DNA of 64,000 nucleotides from Frigoribacterium sp. (GTDB lineage Bacteria; Actinomycetota; Actinomycetes; Actinomycetales; Microbacteriaceae): NCBI GenBank assembly GCA_025363205.1, contig JANYEI010000212.1, positions 16,854 to 80,853 of the forward strand, read 5' to 3'. Shown piece by piece: positions 8,939 to 16,452 of this stretch (position 1 is its first letter; each line of letters starts with the position of its first letter). The notes under the pieces were generated by a model. It saw only the letters and a program-made list of their open reading frames with translations, ran no database searches and was not told where the DNA came from. The position numbers and the translations under genes were made by a program.

Positions 8939-9532
8939 GTGAGTTCTCGGATTTTCACGATTCCCAACATCCTGAGCTTTGTCCGCCTCCTTCTCGTGCC
9001 GGTTTTTCTCGTGCTCATCGTGCGAGGCGAAGACGGCTTCGCCCTTCTCGTGCTGGTGATCTCCAGCATCACGGACTTCCTCGACGGGATCATCGCCCGC
9101 AAACTCAATCAGGTCACGCGCCTCGGCCAGTTGTTAGATCCGGCGGCGGATCGACTCTTCATCTTCACCGCCCTGATCGGGCTCGCCGTGCGCGGGGTGA
9201 TCCCGTGGTGGCTCGTGATTGTTATCGTCGGTCGAGATGTCATGCTCGCGATTCTCGGCATCACTCTTGCCAATTTCGGATACGGGCCGCTTCCCGTTCA
9301 TCATCTCGGAAAAGTAGCCACGTTCTGCCTGTTCTATGCGCTGCCTATCCTGATGATCGGGCAGGCATTCCCGGCGGCGGCGTGGGTCACCGTGCCATTC
9401 GGATGGGCGTTCGCGCTGTGGGGAGCCTTTCTGTATTGGTGGGCAGGCATTATTTACCTGCGTGAAACGGTGCGGGTCACAAGAATCCCGCGCCCCGGCG
9501 GGGTCGTTGAATCGGATACGCTAGGGCGCTAG
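8939..9532 (+). CDS. pgsA: CDP-alcohol phosphatidyltransferase (phosphatidylglycerophosphate synthase-type)
   Basis: DGIIARKLNQVTRLGQLLDPAADR matches D-G-x2-A-R-x8-G-x3-D-x3-D. Multi-TM. Start taken at GTG 8939; the track ORF begins at 8834. Confidence 0.85.
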   Translation: MSSRIFTIPNILSFVRLLLVPVFLVLIVRGEDGFALLVLVISSITDFLDGIIARKLNQVTRLGQLLDPAADRLFIFTALIGLAVRGVIPWWLVIVIVGRDVMLAILGITLANFGYGPLPVHHLGKVATFCLFYALPILMIGQAFPAAAWVTVPFGWAFALWGAFLYWWAGIIYLRETVRVTRIPRPGGVVESDTLGR

Positions 9533-9603
9533 CAACTGTCGTCACCCGATGACGACGAGACACACGCCGCTCGAGAGATCTCGGCGAATATGGGAGGCGC
9601 TTC

Positions 9604-10080
9604 ATGGCCGATCCGGGCAACCAGGATCACGTGGCGGGAGACCGCCCGCGTGACACCGATACCACCCTTCACCTGACTACGGATTTTGCGGCTCAACTCG
9701 CTGCCCTCGAGGGCGAAGTTTCTCCGGAAGAGAAGTCGGCGATCGCCGCGCTGCCGTCAGGATCCGCTCTTCTCGTGGTGCGCCGCGGTCCGAACACCGG
9801 TGCCCGATTCCTACTCGACACCGATGTCACCAGCGCAGGACGTCATCCGAATGCCGACATTCTTCTCGACGATGTAACCGTCTCGAGGCGCCACACCGAG
9901 TTCCTCCGCCACGGCACCGCTTTCGAGATCAAGGATCTCGGGTCTCTCAACGGTACTTACTTCGATGGAGTGCGCATCGATACCGCCCTGCTTCGCAACG
10001 GGGCGGAGGTGCAGGTGGGCAAGTTTCGCCTCACCTTCTACGCCTCCAGACTGGATCTCGTTCACCAGGCGAGCAAGTAG
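9604..10080 (+). CDS. garA: FHA-domain protein, GarA/OdhI-like
   Basis: 158 aa. C-terminal FHA domain (SAGRHPNADILLDDVTVSRRHTEF...GSLNGTYFDG). Thr-rich N-terminus (DTDTTLHLTTDF) like the kinase-target segment of GarA/OdhI. Synteny with pgsA and MerR genes. Confidence 0.85.
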   Translation: MADPGNQDHVAGDRPRDTDTTLHLTTDFAAQLAALEGEVSPEEKSAIAALPSGSALLVVRRGPNTGARFLLDTDVTSAGRHPNADILLDDVTVSRRHTEFLRHGTAFEIKDLGSLNGTYFDGVRIDTALLRNGAEVQVGKFRLTFYASRLDLVHQASK

Positions 10081-10781
10081 TGCCCCGCGCCTCTGCCCAA
10101 GCCCGTGTGAATGTAGCGCCCCCGCTGCTCAGCATCGGACAGGTGCTTGCCCGCCTTACTGTCGAATTCCCGGACCTCACTCCGTCGAAGCTGCGTTTTC
10201 TCGAGGAGCGCCAGCTCATTTCACCGGCCCGCACTGAATCCGGCTACCGCAAGTTCTCGCCAAGCGACCTCGACCGCCTTCGCTTCGTGCTGACGATGCA
10301 GCGCGACCATTACCTGCCCCTCAAGGTCATCCGCGGCTACCTCGACGAACTGGATGCGGGTCGACCGCCCGCATTGCCCGGCGGTTCTACCTTCGCCTCG
10401 CCGTCAATTCTCTCGGTTGAGAGGCGGATGTCGCGCGAAGAACTCATTCGTGAGGCCGGAGCCACACCACAATTGCTGAACGATGCAGTCTCCTCGTCGC
10501 TCGTGGCGCCCGCCGACCTTCACGGTGAAGAGGCACTCGCCGTGCTCACCTCGCTCGTCGAACTTCAACGCTCCGGCATCGAGCCGCGACACCTCCGAGG
10601 TTTTCGCGCCGCCGCCGAGCGCGAACTGGGACTCATTGAAAGCGCCCTGATCCCGGTCGCGCGACGAAAAGACGCGTCGAGCCGGGCCAAGGCGGGCGAA
10701 CTCGCGCGCGAGATCGCCGGACAACTCGAGATCGTGCGATCGAGCCTGATTCGCTCGGCACTGTCGCGCCTTGACCCCTAA
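10080..10781 (+). CDS. MerR-family transcriptional regulator (Rv1828/FtsR-like)
   Basis: LSIGQVLARLTVEFPDLTPSKLRFLEERQLISPARTESGYRKFSPSDLDRLRFVLTMQRDHYLPLKVIR is a MerR HTH. GTG 10080 overlaps the garA stop by 1 nt; alternative GTG at 10107. Confidence 0.8.
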   Translation: MPRASAQARVNVAPPLLSIGQVLARLTVEFPDLTPSKLRFLEERQLISPARTESGYRKFSPSDLDRLRFVLTMQRDHYLPLKVIRGYLDELDAGRPPALPGGSTFASPSILSVERRMSREELIREAGATPQLLNDAVSSSLVAPADLHGEEALAVLTSLVELQRSGIEPRHLRGFRAAAERELGLIESALIPVARRKDASSRAKAGELAREIAGQLEIVRSSLIRSALSRLDP

Positions 10782-10954
10782 GCTGAAATCCTCCCGATCT
10801 TCGACGTCGAGAATGTAATTTCATCGACACGCCGACACCTCGGATCGCTAAAGCGAGACAACCGGGTGGTCCTCTCGGTAACGTGGGTCGAGACAGAAGT
10901 ATCAACCACTCCTTGAGAGTTGAGGGTGGTCGACAACAGGTGGAAGGCAGTCAA

Positions 10955-11503
10955 ATGAGTGAGCTCAGTACCCGTAACGAGGATTCTCGCTACGACCTCG
11001 GATTGCTCTTCACCGACGGCCTCCCCGACCTCGATAACGCCGCAGGCTATCGCGGGGCAGTGGCCGCGCGCGCCGCGGGTATCAGCTACCGCCAGCTGGA
11101 CTACTGGGCCCGCACTGAGCTCGTCGAGCCGACCGTGCGAGGCGCCGCTGGGTCCGGCTCCCAGCGTCTCTATGGCTTTCGCGACATCCTCGTGCTCAAA
11201 CTCGTCAAGCGACTTCTCGACACCGGAATTTCCCTGCAACAGATTCGCACCGCGGTCAACCAACTTCGCGAATCCGGAGTGAATGATCTGGCCCAGACCA
11301 CTCTCATGAGCGATGGCGCGAGTGTCTACCTCTGTACCTCCAACGACGAGGTCATCGATCTGGTCAGCCGCGGGCAGGGTGTCTTCGGCATCGCCGTTGG
11401 CAAGGTGCTTCGCGAAGTGGAGAACAGCCTCGTGGAGCTCGACTCCGAGCGTCCGGATATCGCGGACGAGCTCGCCGCTCGTCGCGCCACCCGCGTCTCC
11501 TAG
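10955..11503 (+). CDS. MerR-family transcriptional regulator (Rv1830-like)
   Basis: AARAAGISYRQLDYWARTELVEP...GSQRLYGFRDILVLKLVKRLLDTGISLQQIR is a MerR HTH. ATG 10955 preceded by GGAAGG. The TAG stop (11501-11503) lies inside the first unit of a tandem repeat. Confidence 0.8.
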   Translation: MSELSTRNEDSRYDLGLLFTDGLPDLDNAAGYRGAVAARAAGISYRQLDYWARTELVEPTVRGAAGSGSQRLYGFRDILVLKLVKRLLDTGISLQQIRTAVNQLRESGVNDLAQTTLMSDGASVYLCTSNDEVIDLVSRGQGVFGIAVGKVLREVENSLVELDSERPDIADELAARRATRVS

Positions 11504-11554
11504 CCACCCGCGTCTCCTAGCCACCCGCGTCTCCTAGCCACCCGCGTCTCCTAG
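11487..11554. repeat. Tandem repeat, 17-nt unit CCACCCGCGTCTCCTAG x4
   Basis: Four perfect head-to-tail copies: 11487-11503, 11504-11520, 11521-11537, 11538-11554. Copy 1 is the last five codons plus TAG of the MerR gene. Confidence 0.95.
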
Positions 11555-11686
11555 CCACCCGCGCCAGGCGCCAGTCGCCGGTCGCCGGTCTGCACCCCCC
11601 GCGCCTCCTAGCCACCCGCGCCAGGCGCCAGTCGCCGGTCGCCGGTCTGCACCCCCCGCGCCGGTCGCCGGTCTGCGCCCCCGCGC
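11555..11686. repeat. Tandem repeat, 57-nt unit (17-mer ends with about 40 nt inserted between them) x about 2.3
   Basis: CCACCCGCGCCAGGCGCCAGTCGCCGGTCGCCGGTCTGCACCCCCCGCGCCTCCTAG at 11555-11611 repeats from 11612, then a partial GGTCGCCGGTCTGCGCCCCCGCGCC. Unit starts (CCACCCGCG) and ends (CTCCTAG) like the 17-mer. Confidence 0.9.
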
Positions 11687-11767
11687 CATCCGTATTTGCC
11701 CGGGTTTCAAACTGTCGTCTTGCCGGGCCCCTGACTCGTGCCTCGAGTTCGTCCAATCGCAGGCGAC

Positions 11768-11858
11768 CCCGTGCGAAATGCAGGAACGGGTGTGACGCGC
11801 GTTACGGGTGAGGCTCATCTGCAACATCCGTCACAGAGCGTCCTGCATTTCGCACGGG
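11768..11858. repeat. Long inverted-repeat (hairpin) element, copy A
   Basis: CCCGTGCGAAATGCAGGA (11768-11785) is the exact reverse complement of TCCTGCATTTCGCACGGG (11841-11858). 55-nt core with nested TGTGACG/CGTCACA pair. Homologous to 53346-53430. Confidence 0.9.
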
Positions 11859-11860
11859 TG

Positions 11861-11904
11861 GGAGGGCTGGCGGAGGGCTGGCGGGAGGGCTGGCGGAGGG
11901 GCTG
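11861..11904. repeat. Tandem repeat, 11-12-nt unit GGAGGGCTGGC(G) x4
   Basis: Units at 11861-11871, 11872-11883, 11884-11894, 11895-11904, starting 2 nt after the right arm of hairpin copy A. Confidence 0.85.
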
Positions 11905-11947
11905 TGCGAGAGCGGACTGCGTCGGCGGATGCTCCGGCGCCAGTGAA

Positions 11948-12024
11948 ACCTCGGGACTCGGGCTCGAACTACAGAAGCCCCGGGGCTCGGCCTCGAACTG
12001 CTAGAGACCTCGGGCTCGAACTAC
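11948..12024. repeat. Tandem repeat, 23-29-nt unit with core CTCGGGCTCGAACTAC x3
   Basis: CTCGAACT cores start at 11963, 11992 and 12015. The last copy contains the stop codon (CTA on + strand, 12021-12023) and final codons of the ParA-like gene. Confidence 0.8.
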
Positions 12025-12827
12025 GCAGTGACCGCGTACTCGCCGATCTTCGCGGTGCGCAACACGCGATCGAGCAGGAGATCGAAGTTGTGCGCCATCT
12101 CCTGGGCGCTTTCGCCCGGCCAGACGTGCAGCGGCTTCGCGGCTCCCTGAGCCTGCTGCAGCGAGGTGCGCTCTGGCAGCTGCGGGCTGAGAACGAGTGG
12201 GCCGAACATGTCGCGAAGCTCCTTGATGCGGAACTGGTGTTCGAGCGACTGTACGCGCGCACGATTCACGATAATGCCGAGCGGCTGCAGCCGGGGGGAG
12301 AGTCCACGACGGATCTCCTCGATGGCTCGGAGCGCACGGTCGGCGGCGGCAACGGAGAAGAGCCCGGGTTCGGTCACAACGGTCACGCGATCAGAGGCGG
12401 CCCACGCGGTTCGGGTGAGTGCGTTCAACGAGGGGGCACAATCGATCAGCACGAGGTCGTAGTCGTCCTCGACGTTGGAGAGGGCCTCCTCGAGCTTCCA
12501 GATCTCCTTGATGGTCGGGTGAGGCCCATCGAAGTTGATCGCTGCCGGGCTCCCGATCATCACGTCGATTTTGCCGGGTCGACCCTTGGTCCACCCGCTC
12601 GGCGCAATCGCTGCACGCACAATCTTTTCCTTGGGCGACGCGAGCACGTCTGCCACATTGAGATGACCGGCGACGTTGATGTCCATGCCAGTGGACACGT
12701 CGGACTGAGGGTCGAGGTCGACAACGAGGGTTCGTAAGCCCTTCGAGAAGGCCGCTGAGGCCAGCCCGAGCGTCACAGTTGTCTTTCCGACTCCACCCTT
12801 GAGAGAGCTGACGCTGAGTACATGCAC
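12021..12827 (-). CDS. ParA/Soj-family P-loop ATPase (orphan, PldP/Rv1708-like)
   Basis: VLSVSSLKGGVGKTTVTLGLA deviant Walker A, LVVDLDPQSD, LIDCAPSLN. Start uncertain: in-frame GTGs at 12827, 12848 and 12881, none with a strong SD. Confidence 0.8.
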   Translation of the reverse strand: MHVLSVSSLKGGVGKTTVTLGLASAAFSKGLRTLVVDLDPQSDVSTGMDINVAGHLNVADVLASPKEKIVRAAIAPSGWTKGRPGKIDVMIGSPAAINFDGPHPTIKEIWKLEEALSNVEDDYDLVLIDCAPSLNALTRTAWAASDRVTVVTEPGLFSVAAADRALRAIEEIRRGLSPRLQPLGIIVNRARVQSLEHQFRIKELRDMFGPLVLSPQLPERTSLQQAQGAAKPLHVWPGESAQEMAHNFDLLLDRVLRTAKIGEYAVTA

Positions 12828-12949
12828 GAGTGACCACGATACCTTCACTAGTCTTAAAGAACCTAAATCTTGGCCTCCCACACAGAGCCTTGACGGACTA
12901 TCGACAGCATCCCTCGGCCCTAAGCTGGCCGAAGTTCGGAAAGGACCAG

Positions 12950-15900
12950 ATGTTCACCAAGATCCTCGTGGCCAATCGTGGCGAAATCGCAATCCGTGCT
13001 TTTCGTGCGGCTTATGAGCTTGGCGCCCAGACGGTCGCTGTCTTCCCGTATGAGGACCGCAACTCCATGCACCGCCTCAAGGCCGACGAGGCCTACCAGA
13101 TCGGTGAGCCCGGGCATCCGGTGCGCGCATACCTTGATGTCTCGGAGATCATCCGAGTCGCCCTCGAATGTGGCGCCGACGCAATCTACCCTGGCTATGG
13201 ATTCCTGTCGGAGAACCCCGAGCTGGCTGAAGCGGCCGCGGCCGCTGGCATCACCTTCATCGGCCCTGGCCAGCATGTGCTCGAAATGGCGGGCAATAAG
13301 GTCACGGCCAAGGAGCATGCGATTGCCGCAGGCGTTCCCGTGCTTGCCTCTACTCCCGCGTCCAAAGATCTCGACGAACTGCTGGCCGGTGCCGATAGCA
13401 TCGGCTTCCCCATTTTTGCCAAGGCCGTCGCCGGCGGCGGCGGACGGGGGATGAGACGGGTCGAGAAGAAAGAAGACTTGCGCGCCGCTCTGCTCGAGGC
13501 CATGCGCGAGGCGGATAGCGCCTTCGGCGACTCGACCATGTTCCTTGAGCAGGCAGTGGTGCGTCCGCGCCACATCGAGGTGCAGATTCTCGCGGATGCC
13601 ACGGGGGAGACCGTTCACCTGTTCGAACGCGACTGCTCGGTGCAGCGTCGCCACCAGAAGGTGATCGAGATCGCGCCGGCCCCGAACCTCGACGAGGAAA
13701 CCCGCCAGGCGATGTACCGTCATGCGATCGCCTTCGCGAAGTCGATCGGCTATGTCAACGCCGGCACCGTCGAATTCCTGCTCGACACCGCGGGGGAGCG
13801 CAAGGGCCAGCACGTGTTCATCGAGATGAACCCGCGCATCCAGGTGGAGCACACCGTGACCGAGGAGGTCACCGACATCGACCTGGTGCAGTCCCAGATG
13901 CGCATCGCCTACGGGCAGTCGCTCGGCGAGCTCGGTCTCCACCAGGAAGACATCCACCTGCGCGGCGCCGCACTGCAGTGCCGCATCACGACCGAGGACC
14001 CTGCAGCGGGCTTCCGCCCCGACACCGGCAAGATCACCACCTACCGTTCGCCGGGTGGTGGTGGCATCCGTCTCGATGGCGGCACGATCGACCCCGGCAC
14101 CCAAATCAGCCCGCACTTCGACTCCATGCTCGTGAAGATGACCTGCCGCGGGCGTGACTTCCCGGCAGCGGTGGCGCGGGCGAAGCGCGGACTCGCCGAG
14201 TTCCGCATCCGAGGCGTCTCCACCAACATTCCCTTTCTTCAGGCAGTGCTCGACGATCCGTCGTTTCAGGCCGGCGACCTCAGCACCGCCTTTATCGAGG
14301 AACGCCCGAATCTCTTCGACACCTACCAGTCGAAGGACCGCGGCACCAAGATCCTCAATTGGCTCGCGGATGTCACGGTCAATCGCCCGCACGGCGATGG
14401 TGCAGGCGTCCTCAACCCTGCCCTGAAGCTGCCGGACATCGATCTCAGCCAGCCCGCTCCGGTCGGTTCCCGGCAGCGTCTCCTCGAACTCGGCCCGGTC
14501 GGGTTCGCCGCCGCCTTGCGCGCCCAGACCGCCCTCGCGGTGACCGAGACCACGTTCCGTGACGCCCACCAGTCGCTGCTCGCGACGCGGGTGCGCACCA
14601 AGGATCTCGTGGCCGTGGCTCCCTACGTCGCCCGTATGACCCCGCAACTGCTCTCGGTGGAGGCGTGGGGCGGTGCGACCTACGACGTCGCCCTTCGCTT
14701 TCTGGGAGAGAATCCCTGGGACCGCCTCGCCGCCCTGCGCGAGACGCTTCCGAATATCGCCATCCAGATGCTTCTGCGCGGTCGAAACACGGTGGGCTAT
14801 ACGCCGTACCCCACCGAGGTGACGGACGCCTTCGTGCGGGAGGCGGCCTCCACCGGCGTGGACATCTTCCGCATCTTCGACGCTCTCAACGACGTCTCCC
14901 AGATGCGTCCGGCGATCGACTCGGTGCTCGAGACCGGCTCTGCCGTCGCCGAGGTTGCCCTCTGCTACACCGGCGACCTGCTCGACCCGGCGGAAGACCT
15001 TTACACCCTTGACTACTACCTGAGGCTCGCGGAGCAGATTGTGGATGCTGGCGCCCACATCATCGCCATCAAGGACATGGCCGGACTGCTGCGCGCGAGC
15101 GCTGCCGAGAAGCTTGTGACCGCCCTTCGGGACCGTTTCGACCTGCCAGTGCACGTGCACACCCACGACACGGCCGGCGGCCAGCTCGCCACCCTTCTTG
15201 CGGCCAGCCGTGCCGGAGCAGATGCGGTGGACGTCGCGAGTGCGCCGATGGCCGGCACGACTAGCCAGCCCTCGGCATCCGCTCTCGTCGCCGCGCTCGC
15301 TCACACCGAGCGGGACACCGGAATCTCGCTGCAGGCGGTCTCCGATCTGGAGCCGTACTGGGAGGCCGTGCGTCACGCCTACAAGCCATTCGAATCCGGG
15401 CTGCCTGGACCGACTGGCCGCGTCTATCACCACGAGATCCCCGGCGGTCAGCTGTCGAACCTGCGCCAGCAGGCGATCGCCCTTGGGCTCGCCGACCAGT
15501 TCGAGAAGATCGAAGATCTCTACGCCGCCGCCAATAAGATCCTCGGTCGCCCGCCAAAGGTGACCCCGTCATCGAAGGTCGTCGGTGACCTCGCCCTGTC
15601 GCTCGCGGCGGCGAACGCCGATCCGGCCGACTTCGAGGCGAACCCCGACAGGTACGACATCCCCGATTCGGTCATTGGCTTCATGGCCGGAGAACTCGGT
15701 GACCTTCCGGGGGGATGGCCCGAACCTTTCCGCACCAAGGTGCTCGCCGGTCGCACCGTGAAGATCGGCATCGAGGAGATTACGGACGCCGATCGTGCGG
15801 GGCTTGCCGGCGACGCAGAATCCCGGAGAGACACCCTCAATCGACTGCTCTTCGCCGCTCCGACGAAGGCATTCGAAGCGGTGCGGGAGCAGTATGGCGA

Positions 15901-16354
15901 CCTCTCCGTGATCGACACCGTCGACTACCTGTACGGCCTGCGCCAGGGCCAGGAACACATCATCGATATCGAGAAGGGTGTGAGCCTCTATATCGGGCTC
16001 GAGGCGATAGGCGACGCCGACGACATGGGCATGCGCACGGTCATGACGGTGATCAACGGTCAGATGCGTCCCGTGTTTGCGCGGGATCGCGGCATCACCG
16101 TCGATACCAAAACCGCGGAAAAGGCGGATGCTTCGGTGGCCGGCCACATCGCCGCACCGTTCTCCGGCGTCGTGACCCTGCAGGTCGCCGACGGTGATTC
16201 AGTCGCGATCGGCCAGAATGTGGCATCCATTGAGGCCATGAAAATGGAAGCGGCCATCACGACATCCGTCGCGGGCATCGTCAAGCGCGTCGCTATCCCG
16301 CAAACCCAGCAAGTGGATGCCGGCGACCTGCTGGTCGTGATCGAACCGGCCTGA
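12950..16354 (+). CDS. pyc: Pyruvate carboxylase
   Basis: 1134 aa from ATG 12950 (GGAAAGGA upstream). Biotin carboxylase N-terminus (MFTKILVANRGEIAIRAFRA), carboxyltransferase TIM domain, C-terminal biotinyl motif EAMKME. Confidence 0.93.
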   Translation: MFTKILVANRGEIAIRAFRAAYELGAQTVAVFPYEDRNSMHRLKADEAYQIGEPGHPVRAYLDVSEIIRVALECGADAIYPGYGFLSENPELAEAAAAAGITFIGPGQHVLEMAGNKVTAKEHAIAAGVPVLASTPASKDLDELLAGADSIGFPIFAKAVAGGGGRGMRRVEKKEDLRAALLEAMREADSAFGDSTMFLEQAVVRPRHIEVQILADATGETVHLFERDCSVQRRHQKVIEIAPAPNLDEETRQAMYRHAIAFAKSIGYVNAGTVEFLLDTAGERKGQHVFIEMNPRIQVEHTVTEEVTDIDLVQSQMRIAYGQSLGELGLHQEDIHLRGAALQCRITTEDPAAGFRPDTGKITTYRSPGGGGIRLDGGTIDPGTQISPHFDSMLVKMTCRGRDFPAAVARAKRGLAEFRIRGVSTNIPFLQAVLDDPSFQAGDLSTAFIEERPNLFDTYQSKDRGTKILNWLADVTVNRPHGDGAGVLNPALKLPDIDLSQPAPVGSRQRLLELGPVGFAAALRAQTALAVTETTFRDAHQSLLATRVRTKDLVAVAPYVARMTPQLLSVEAWGGATYDVALRFLGENPWDRLAALRETLPNIAIQMLLRGRNTVGYTPYPTEVTDAFVREAASTGVDIFRIFDALNDVSQMRPAIDSVLETGSAVAEVALCYTGDLLDPAEDLYTLDYYLRLAEQIVDAGAHIIAIKDMAGLLRASAAEKLVTALRDRFDLPVHVHTHDTAGGQLATLLAASRAGADAVDVASAPMAGTTSQPSASALVAALAHTERDTGISLQAVSDLEPYWEAVRHAYKPFESGLPGPTGRVYHHEIPGGQLSNLRQQAIALGLADQFEKIEDLYAAANKILGRPPKVTPSSKVVGDLALSLAAANADPADFEANPDRYDIPDSVIGFMAGELGDLPGGWPEPFRTKVLAGRTVKIGIEEITDADRAGLAGDAESRRDTLNRLLFAAPTKAFEAVREQYGDLSVIDTVDYLYGLRQGQEHIIDIEKGVSLYIGLEAIGDADDMGMRTVMTVINGQMRPVFARDRGITVDTKTAEKADASVAGHIAAPFSGVVTLQVADGDSVAIGQNVASIEAMKMEAAITTSVAGIVKRVAIPQTQQVDAGDLLVVIEPA

Positions 16355-16452
16355 TCGCGGGTACAGTCGACTTCGCCCGGTGCCATTTCCCCCTCGCGGT
16401 AAAGTGAAGGGGTCTTATTGCACCATCATCAGCACAAAGAAGGGTTGGGGGT

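Noticed and set aside
12920-15433. 837-aa ORF antisense to pyruvate carboxylase. Similar long antisense ORFs occur at 33575-35914, 36092-37558, 22145-23395, 43978-45213, 51257-52615, 37522-38643 and 48718-49728.
   Set aside because: These are typical shadow ORFs of GC-rich genomes. They have Arg/Gly/His/Asp-rich compositions and no motifs, and each lies fully inside a well-supported gene on the other strand.
16355-16452. C-rich loop hairpin (CCCCCTC...GAAGGGG) after pyc as a possible 6C-type sRNA, given that 6C lies next to ssd in mycobacteria.
   Set aside because: There is only one short 5-bp stem with a C-run. It lacks the two C-rich loops that define 6C. It is more likely a weak terminator or nothing.
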